A DNA stretch of 64,000 nucleotides from Octopus bimaculoides. Lineage: Eukaryota. Positions 55,401 through 64,000 of the stretch are shown one piece after another; within the stretch, counting starts at the first letter, position 1; every line of letters starts with the position of its first letter. Below the pieces are notes generated by a model, which was given only the letters and a program-made list of their open reading frames with translations, did not search any database and was not told where the DNA came from. Position numbers and translations under genes: made by a program. Where the stretch lies: NCBI RefSeq assembly GCF_001194135.2, contig NC_068984.1, positions 132,848,215-132,912,214 on the forward strand, in the 5' to 3' direction.

Positions 55401-56269
55401 GGACCTGGCGTCAACCATGTTTGGATGGTGCTTTTTATGTACATACACACAATGGACTGCTTTCAATTTCCATCTACCAAATTCACTCACAAGGCTATGA
55501 TTGGCTCAGGTCAATAGTAGAAGACAGTTATGCACAGTGCTGTGCAGTGGGTCTAAGCCAGAAACCTGGTGTCCAGGAAGCAAAATTCTTACCACACAAC
55601 TACTCCTGCACCTTCTTCAGTTATTCTTTCAATAACTTTCTTCAGCCATCACACTTTTTACTCATGTCATTCTGTTATTTTAAGATTTATTTATAATTAA
55701 TCATTTTTATTTGAAGAAAATTTCTCTTCATATATATATAAATTCAATAACAGGATGAATTCTTTTATAAGAATTTATCAAGTAGCTAGCGTGAAAAAAA
55801 CCTCATAAGGGAAAAATCCATCATTTATTCCCTAGAATATATTTATTTATATATATATAAGGGCATTACTATACAAGAATGCTTCACGCTAAACTACCAT
55901 AAAAAACACATTTTTACATGTGTTTATTATGGTAGTTTAGCATGAGGTATTCTTGTATAGTAATGCCCTTATATAAATATATATATATATTTTTTCTTTT
56001 TATTATAGTTTCAAACCAGCATCATCATAATTTCAGTTACCATTTTTCCATGCTTGCATGGATCAGACACAATTCATTAAGGCAGATTTTCTATGACTAG
56101 ATGCTCTTCTTATCACCAACCCTTGTTTCCAAGCAAGGTAATATTTCCCCCATGGCAAAATGTGATTTCCACTGAAGTCTGGAGACAAAGAAACATTGCT
56201 TATATGACAGTGATGCTCATTTACAACTATCATGTGATGTCAACCAAGGGTACACACACATCCCTTTTA

Positions 56270-56450
56270 TCTTTTACATGTTTCAGTCATTAGACTGTGG
56301 CCATACTGGGGCACCACCTTGAAGAATTTTTAGTTGATTGAATTGACTCAGTATTTTTTTTTTAAGCCTTGTACTTATTTCATTGGTCTTTTTTGCTGAA
56401 CTGCTAAGTAATGGGGATGTAAACACACCAACACGAGTTGTCAAGTGGTG

Positions 56451-56483
<33 letters not shown>

Positions 56484-56621
56484 CATACATACATACATGC
56501 AAGCTTCCTTCAGTTTCTGTCTCTCAAATCTACTTACAAGGCTTTGGTAGAAGGTGCCACACAGTGGGACTGAACCCAGAACTTTGTGGTTGAGAAGCAA
56601 GCTTCTTATCCACACACCCAC
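56270..56621 (-). mobile_element. SINE family 1 downstream of the JKAMP stop
   Basis: Reverse family head and tail with internal (AT)/(AC)n. Confidence 0.8.
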
Positions 56622-56835
56622 ATAAAGACATAAATGAGACAGTCAGTCTCCATTGAACTAAACCAAAAACAAGGTAATATAATCTGTTTCTTTATCAAAA
56701 TAGTAACATCAATATAATATCACATGAAATTCCATAAATTAAACATACACTCATGCACCCCCATGCACACAATGAAACAAAGAAAAGAAAAGAAAAAAAA
56801 AAAAAAAATCTAACAAATTTATCGCATGTTAATTA

Positions 56836-57060
56836 TTAGATGCTGAAAGTTTGGTTAATGAAAACTGGATCAGAGAATTTAGATGTGACTATATAAAACA
56901 ATGTTGGAAGTATAGTAAGGATCAAACATGAGGCATGAATTTCTGGTTTCTTCAGCTGAGTAATGGCAATGATTCCATAAGCATGCAAGAGCCAATGTCC
57001 AATAATTATTACTAAATTGTTCAATTTGGTGAAATTCTCTTTGAGTAATCCTAAAACTGT
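56836..57060 (-). CDS. JKAMP: JKAMP terminal exon
   Basis: TVLGLLKENFTKLNNLVIIIGHWLLHAYGII...KFSDPVFINQTFSI*; AG 57061-62; 225 nt. Confidence 0.93.
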   Translation of the reverse strand, partial: TVLGLLKENFTKLNNLVIIIGHWLLHAYGIIAITQLKKPEIHASCLILTILPTLFYIVTSKFSDPVFINQTFSI

Positions 57061-60000
57061 CTGAAAATAGAAAGAAACATGAAGAGAAATAAATAACAGT
57101 GTACTGATAAAGTTAACTTGTTATTCAGGAATCATATACAAGTGTACAAGGTTGGGAATTTCATTTCATATTTATTCAAATTTAACCCTTTAGCATTCAG
57201 ATTACTCTGACAAATGTAATGCTTATTTATTCACATTGTTTTGAATTAATCATGGATTATCTCATAGCTTCAAGATTTCAGTGATGTGATTTTTTTATTT
57301 TTAGGATGACATTGTTAGATTAGTTTAGAAAAGCAAGATCTGGTCAGTTTGAGCATAAAACAGGGAGATATATTTTGGCTGGATATGGCTGGCTTAAATG
57401 CTAAAGGGTTAAAAAATAAAAATTAGATTTTGGGGTTAAAAATTGGTAAAAATGAGTTTTCTAAGGTTGATAGCACAAATAGGGAAGAAAATAATTTGAA
57501 TATATTTTTTTTCAAAACTGAAATTTAAATTCAAATTCAAATTACAATTTAATCAAAATGACAACATTTATAATATGAATTCCATGACAAAGTCCAATCT
57601 TTGTTGCAGTGTGGTGGCTTGTATGCCTCAATGAGTCTGAGAGGGATGCCAGCAGAATGTAAGGTCTCCCATGCTGGACAGGTCAAAGGATAGAGGCAAG
57701 ACTAATATGGACCACCTCTTCCCAGAGGTAAAAATGGGTTTGCATAGGGCGAAAACCTTAATGTAGAGGAAAGAAAAGCAAAGTTACAGAAGCATCAATG
57801 ACAATCCAAAACCAACAAGGCCTGGGAGAGTCCAGAGTTAAGAACTGTAGAGGAAAGTCATTGATAGCCTATGCTTCATAGGGAACAAAGGGGCTTGAGC
57901 AAGTAATATGAATAGCTAAAACATTTTTCTTTTTTTATTGGTAATTAATTCAAATTTCAATTAACTGAAATTTGACAAGATTTTCTAAAATTCAACCTAA
58001 AACTTAAGAGACAAAAAAATTTGAAACAATCTTTATTAATGATATTTATTAATTTTTAAATCAGTTATACACAAAACTATCTTACCTGCTCTTCACAATG
58101 TGCAAGGTGTGTTGCATGTGTTGCTAGAGACAACACTATCAAAATATATGGATAAGCATAATCTGGAAAGAGAAATGTAAATCAGATCAAATATCGTTGC
58201 ATTAACTCACATAGATATATTATTAATGATATACATAACTTGAAATACTCATACTCATTCGAAATTACTTTTCTATAATCTTAAATTTATATACACTTGG
58301 CAAACACTTTAGCCATGCAGTTATTTTCAAGCTTAGCTACACTTCTTTATGTCATTACAAGTACAAAGAATGTGAGGTTAAGGTGCTGGGTTACTGACTT
58401 TCATGGTCATATTTGCATCTGAGCAGATCTGGCCATGTAAGTGATCTGTCAAGCATGAGTCATTTTCACAGGTGTAAAACTGTACAAACTTGATATGGAT
58501 ATGTTAAAAATGATGGTACAAGAAATACAATGGGAGAAAGAACAAGGCACACGTTTTAGGTCAGGTGTGACGAAAAGGGTGAAGGAACTTTAACCAAAGG
58601 TTCTTGGTTTAGGGTCACATCTGAAGGACGTTATGGTTCAGGAAAAATGGGAGTTGTAACCAGATCAGATTGGAGAAAGTAGAAATTATGAAAGCTGGTG
58701 CGTTGAAGATGCCATTTGGCAAAGAGAAGAAGAAAAAAATGTGTTGTGCAGGACAGGAGGTGGGGGAGGGCAGTGAATGACTTGGACTCAGTGATGGGTA
58801 ACATCAACAATGGTTTGGGAGTAACCCCCTTATCAGGTCCAGAAAGAATTTGAGGGTGAGCAGACTTATGGGGAATAACTATAAAGAGATTTAATGCTCA
58901 TGCTACAAAGAAGTTGGAAAGGTAAAAGAGTGAGAGAAGTTGAAGCAAAGGACCTGGTTGGTGTCATGGATGTGGGATGAGAGCTGCAACCAAAAGGGTC
59001 AGAGTTTGTGAAGGTATTTAGTGATGAATTCAGTNNNNNNNNNNNNNNNNNNNNNNNNNNNNNNNNNNNNNNNNNNNNNNNNNNNNNNNNNNNNNNNNNN
59101 NNNNNNNNNNNNNNGGGAATGTTACAAATGGAAACAATGGTGCAGCTGGATTTACTGGGGAGGAAATAAATGGTGAAAGTTGATAGTGTGTGAACAGAAT
59201 GAGATGAGCTGCTGTATAGTAGTAGAGACACGTTGTGTAGACTGAGATAGAAAAGATCTTGTAGCTGTCAGCTCGCCACACAACAGCACCACCATTTTCA
59301 GTAAGTTTGACAACAATGTTGCTGTCTTGGTAGGGTGCAAAGAGCTGCATTGGAAAGATGTTCATGTATCCCAATTGCTTGTAGAAATGAGAGACTACAT
59401 CAAGTTGGTGCATACTAATGAAATGATCAATCAAGTTGAACTGACAAGGTCAGAAGAATCTGACAGAACCGGCTTGAGGTCAATAAACAATCAATGGCAC
59501 AGGATTCAGTTTTTCTGTTAAAAACAATGCTTGGAGTTTAGTGAGATGCAGGAAATGCTCAGTATAGGTCCTTGACTCAAACTCATTCACAGTACAAGTG
59601 AGGGATGTAAAGTAGAGATCTCTAATAAAGACTGAATGCTTGGCATCAGGAAGGGAAGGTCTGGGTTAGAGTCACTATGGCATATGGAGAATGAAAGATG
59701 CAGTTGTAAGTATGTTGTTGGCACTCCGTCGCTTACGACGTCGAGGGTTCCAGTTGATCCGATCAATGGAACAGCCTGCTCGTGAAATTAACGTGCAAGT
59801 GGCTGAGCACTCCACAGACACATGTACCCTTAACGTAGTTCTCGGGGATATTCAGCGTGGCCCTTTGAATTACAGGTACAACAGAAACAGGAAGTAAGAG
59901 TGAGAGAAAGTTGTGGTGGAAGAGTACAGCAGGGTTCGCCACCATCCCCTGCCGGAGCCTCATGGAGCTTTAGGTGTTTTCGCTCAATAAACACTCACAA

Positions 60001-63000
60001 CGCCCAGGCTGGGAATCGAAACCACGATCCTATGACCGCGAGTCCGCTGCCCTAACCACTGGGCCATTGCGCCTCCACTGTTAGTATGTAAGCACACACA
60101 AATATGAGAAGTTGGTCCATGATTTGACAGAGCTCACAGGCTTTGTTGTTGAAGAGAAAGTGAAAAAAAGTAGCTGGTTAAAGCAGTGGAAATGGAACAA
60201 GCAAGTTGGAGATGTAAGATGAAAGAAAGGTGATAGGACTGGTCAAAGTCACAGTCCAGAACATTAGAGAGAAAGACTAATTTCACTGTTACTAGGAGTT
60301 GTCAGGACAGAATCTACCTTACTATAATATATACAATGACAGCGGCTATAATAGAAAATTGAATATTGCTACTGTATAAACAAACTTACATAACAAACCA
60401 CCAAATACTGCCTGTAAGCATATTAATAGTGGGAAGAAATAGAGAGCAGCATAAATTGATGTGGTTCCTTTTTTGTTGACACAGTTGTAGGAGAGCAAAG
60501 GTCGGATAAGCAGCATCAGGCCCAGTGCAAATGCATAATAGATGATAACTATTGTGTACCTAATGTTGAAGAGAAAAATATTGCAGATTAGTTCAATATT
60601 ATAAACATTTACAGAATGCATAACTGTATCTGACATGACAAATGTTAGACTTAAATATCAAATAAAAGCTGATAGATATTTAAAAAAAAAACGTTAATTA
60701 TATCATAGGCAAAGGTGTAACTGTGTGGTTAGAAGTCTGCATTCCCAACCACATGGTTTCAGGTTCAGTCCCATTGCATGGTACCTTGGGCAAGTGTCTT
60801 CTACTACAGCCACAGGCCAACCAAAGCCTTGTCAGTGGATTTGGTAGATGGAAACTGAGAGAAGCCTGTTGTGTATATGTGTGTGTGTTTGTGTCTGTAT
60901 CCCCCACCACTGCTTGACAACTGGTGTTGGTGTGTTTATATCTCCATAACTTAGTGGTTCAGCAATTGAGACCAATAGAATAAGTACCAAAAGCTTAAAA
61001 AAATAAGTATTGTGATTGATTCATGCATCTAAAAAAAATTCATCAAGTTTGTGCCCCAGCATGGCCAGTCTAATGACTGAAACAAAGTAAAAAATAAAAA
61101 AGAGATATCACAAAACAAATTCAGGAGCTCACTTACAATGGATATACAATTTCTTGAGTACAATAAACAGTGTCTACATAATTTGTTGATGGGTTGTACC
61201 AGAGAGTATACCAGTCTGAGAGACGCTTTACTGGACATGACCAGATTGATAGTTTCCCTTTAGGATCGAACATAAGTAAAGTAAATATTGCAGACATGAA
61301 GCATTCAAAGAGCGCAGACAGATGCAGTGGTATTAGTGTCCATGATATTCTAGAAAATGAAACAAAACAGATTAATTAATAAGCAGTAATTCTTTTCATC
61401 ATCATTTATTCATATTACATAAATAATGAAACCAAGGTTTTTTTTCTTATAAGACGTTCCTTATTGAATGAAGGACTAAGTTGAAGTGCTGATGGCTGAA
61501 TCAACAGAAGACCGGATTACAACCAAAAAAAGCCAGCAATTCATATTCTGTCACCAGCATTGCACTATGTAAACAGTTCATTGCTCGAAGTAGTATGACT
61601 CTAAAAGGTGGCGAGCTGGCAGAAACGTTAGCACGCTGGGCGAAAAGCTTAGCGGTATTTCGTCTCTTTACATTCTGAGTTCAAATTCTGCCGAGGTCGA
61701 CTTTTCCTTTCTTCTTTTTGGGGTCAATAAATTAAGTACCAGTTGCATACTGGGGTCGATCTAATCAACTGGGCTCCCTCCCCAAAAATTTCAGGCCTTG
61801 TGCCTAGAGTAGAAAAGAAGTAGTATCACTCTAATATTGAATTGTGTCATTGGTTTATAAAGTTGAATTCAACTTCTACTATAAATACTGTTAAAAGAGG
61901 TAATAATACACCGGACACCGTAGTTCTAAAAAGAAGAAAAAGACAGGATAATCATGGCTACAACACCTTTGATTATAAGTCTGGTTGGTCACTGCTGACC
62001 TGAGGATAAGCACCAAAATTAGTTTTGCTTCCTTCCATCAAATAATATTGTCATGAAGGGAATGACTACTATAACATCTTATCTAATATATCATTCATGT
62101 ATGTCTACTATGGCAACAGTAGCCAAGGTCTTTGACCCTTAAACGAGAATCGAAGTGTTTTCAACTTTTAAGAAATTTTGTGGAAATGAAGTACAATTCA
62201 TTGTATTTATGAGGATTCTGTAGACTCAGAGCATTAGACTAGATTCATTGTGGCTTCTACAGTTGAAATCTTATAACGGTTTAATGAGCTTTTAATCTTT
62301 CCAAAGTTTACAAAATCACCTCAACAGCTATGGCAAAGACAAGAACTTTTAATTACATCAATTGTCAAAAGAAACCCAGTGAAAATTACAATGTCTTTGC
62401 AAAACTTACCTGGATCTGCGATTCTTATATTCTACAAAAAACCAATGGAGAATCAAAGGTATGAGGGCCATGAATCCTAAATACAGACAGTCATAGAATG
62501 GAGGGAGCTCATTACACATTTCACATATGGATACTGCATTGGGCTGGTAACCACGGGGACAAGCCTGCAGGAAAGAAACAAATGTGATGAGTGAATCATC
62601 AATAATTATTGGAAAATATATAAAAAGAAAATCAATAGAAATCAAAACAATACTAATTAAGGAGTTTATATTATATCAACAGAGATTATAATCTTAATTC
62701 TAAAGAAATTTTATCTGTAATTGTTATAGATTCTCTTTATCTGTTCCTTTGACTATGCTTCCTGTATTTCTTTTTAGACGAGGGGCAGCTACATCCCTCT
62801 TCAAGTCCTTTTTATTCTGGATATACATATATATGGTGAAAGCATGTGGCTTAATGGTTAGGGTATTTGGCACACAATCATAGCACCGTGACTTCGATAC
62901 CTGGAGGCACATCATGCGTTTGAGCAAGACACTTCATTTAACGTTGCTTCAGTTCACTCAGCTGGCAAAAATGAGTAGTACATGTATCTTAAAGGGTCAG

Positions 63001-63904
63001 CTTTGTCCCATTCTGTGTCACGCTGAATCTCCCCAAGAACTACAATAAGGATACGCATATCTGTGGAGTGCTCAGCCACCCGCATGTTTAATTTAACAAG
63101 CAGAGTGTTCCACTTATCAGATCAACTGAAATACTTGTTGTTGTCACCGACAGAGTGCTAGAGTGCCATGTTGGTGATAGATATACCTCTATCTACGCTT
63201 TTCCTATTATGGATGTAAAGAGTAATGGCTAAAGACCCCATTCGGTCATGAATGATCATGGGATTGCATCTAGAAAGTTACCCTCTGCGGAACAAGTGCA
63301 GGCAAGGTTGTTTATGGAAGACCAGCAGTCAGCCATGCATACCAGCCTCTCCTCTCCACACCATTGATGTTATCCAAGGGAAAGGCAAAGGCTGATACAG
63401 CTTGGCACCAGTGACGTTGCAACTCATTTCTATAGCTGAGTGAACCGGAGCAATGTGAAATAAAGTGTCTTGTTCAAGAACACAACACACAGCCCGGTCC
63501 GGGAATTGAACTCATTGCCTCATGATTGTGAGCCCAATGCTTAAACCACGGAACCATGCACCTGTATTATGGATATAGAGCATATGTTTCCTACAGTTTT
63601 TTTTTAATAATTTAAGTGTTTGCTGCAGCCCCCTTGAAACTTCTACTACCCTGTCTCCCCACAGCAATGGATATTAAGAAGTAGTGACATGTACATTAGT
63701 GTTAGCTGAACCTTCTTAAGTGTCATTCACTTCAAAAGAATGATGTAAATAATTTTATCACAGCAGTTATGTAATGGCATGAAATATACAAACTATATCA
63801 AAAATATATATTCTTAAAAATTTCACTTACCCCACACTCACTAAGTTGACCATTTACGTAGGTTTTCCCACAGTATAAACCAGGACATAGGGCCATGAGG
63901 AAGT
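56836..63904 (-). CDS. JKAMP: JNK1/MAPK8-associated membrane protein: complement join(63831..63904,62410..62564,61137..61349,60390..60559,58086..58162,56836..57060); 301 aa from ATG 63896, possibly 5'-partial
   Basis: CPGLYCGK...ECGACPRG...LYLGFMALIPLILHWFF...LSDWYTLWYNPS...CTQEIVYPLYTIV...SIYAALYFFP...HWLLHAYGII...KFSDP; all GT-AG, phases consistent. Confidence 0.93.
57186..57408. mobile_element. piggyBac-type MITE family A, intact ends
   Basis: TTAA TSD 57182-85 and 57409-12; TIR CCCTTTAGCATT / AATGCTAAAGGG. Confidence 0.85.
57599..57906 (+). mobile_element. Internally deleted RTE-clade element, second copy
   Basis: Shares GGACAGGTCAAAGG...ATGGACCACCTCTT..CAGAGGTAAAAAT with 25181 copy; 3' end RKVIDSLCF. 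Confidence 0.6.
58086..58162 (-). CDS. JKAMP: JKAMP exon
   Basis: YYAYPYILIVLSLATHATHLAHCEEQ; 77 nt. Confidence 0.92.
58500..59690 (-). mobile_element. Decayed Penelope-like element RT
   Basis: NIVVKLTENGGAVVWRADSY (cf. IVIKPADKGGAVVVWRxDxY), IYFLPSK (cf. YFLPKIHK), SMSIKSLYS (cf. TMDITSLYT); stops, frameshifts, N-gap. Confidence 0.68.
59035..59114. other. Assembly gap (80 N)
   Basis: Seen directly. Confidence 0.98.
59713..60076 (-). mobile_element. tRNA-derived SINE family 3, young copy
   Basis: A box TGGCCCAGTGG, B box GTTTCGATTCCC, CpG-rich body; no tRNA 3' acceptor stem. Confidence 0.88.
60390..60559 (-). CDS. JKAMP: JKAMP exon
   Basis: YTIVIIYYAFALGLMLLIRPLL...SIYAALYFFPLLICLQAVFGGLL; 170 nt. 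Confidence 0.94.
60707..61103 (+). mobile_element. SINE family 1 in JKAMP intron
   Basis: Family head and tail; ends about 30 bp from the exon donor at 61135. Confidence 0.82.
61137..61349 (-). CDS. JKAMP: JKAMP exon
   Basis: ISWTLIPLHLSALFECFMSAIFTLLMFDPKG...LSDWYTLWYNPSTNYVDTVYCTQEIVYP; 213 nt; absent from ORF track in this frame. Confidence 0.94.
61605..61816 (+). mobile_element. SINE family 2 with 18-bp TSD
   Basis: GAAGTAGTAT(G/C)ACTCTAA at 61587-61604 and 61817-61834. Confidence 0.92.
62410..62564 (-). CDS. JKAMP: JKAMP exon
   Basis: ACPRGYQPNAVSICEMCNELPPFYDCLYLGFMALIPLILHWFFVEYKNRRS; 155 nt. Confidence 0.94.
62835..63165 (+). mobile_element. tRNA-derived SINE sharing its 3' body with family 3
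   Basis: CTGTGTCACGCTGAATCTCCCC...CTGTGGAGTGCTCAGCCAC, homologous to 59713-60076. Confidence 0.72.
63235..63563 (-). mobile_element. tRNA-derived SINE
   Basis: Minus-strand head with B box GTTCAATTCCCGGACC. Confidence 0.7.
63831..63904 (-). CDS. JKAMP: JKAMP first exon visible in window
   Basis: Acceptor TTCTTCAAG at 63905-06, then (x)FLMALCPGLYCGKTYVNGQLSECG, GTAAGT donor 63829-30. Confidence 0.88.
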
Positions 63905-64000
63905 CTTGAAGAAAAATACATAGACACGTTTCAGTTTTTACAGTTTTACAAGAACTTAATAACAATAGTGTACATAGGTGCTGGCAACTGGTCTGTGAAT

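Noticed and set aside
59990-60076. tRNA-like sequence with A and B boxes
   Set aside because: No 3' acceptor stem; continues into a SINE body, as do all other tRNA-like heads in the window

Overview
AT-rich, repeat-dense animal genomic DNA, most likely an octopod cephalopod (Octopus-like SINEs and microsatellites; recognised from memory, not database-checked), from a draft assembly with 4 N-gaps. Three intron-containing genes were assembled by hand with GT-AG sites and consistent phases. (1) Calcineurin B (PPP3R1-like), minus strand, 6 coding exons over 43.5 kb, 170 aa; exon 1 contributes only the ATG. (2) EF1-gamma (EEF1G), plus strand, 11 exons, 424 aa, head-to-head with calcineurin B (453 bp between start codons), with a 5'TOP/TCT-like motif inside a CpG-retaining island. 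(3) JKAMP, minus strand, 6 exons, tail-to-tail with EEF1G; its true start may lie outside the window. The rest is SINEs, piggyBac/mariner/Tigger/hAT-type MITEs, decayed CR1-like, RTE and Penelope relics, and micro/minisatellites. No clearly novel multi-gene system is supported. The best leads are the bidirectional promoter, several dsRNA-forming structures (57-bp hairpin at 55.9 kb, complex inverted duplication with a perfect palindrome at 20-21.4 kb, inverted SINE pairs), a structured patch in EEF1G intron 7, and a candidate poison exon in EEF1G intron 4. All of these are sequence-only predictions.
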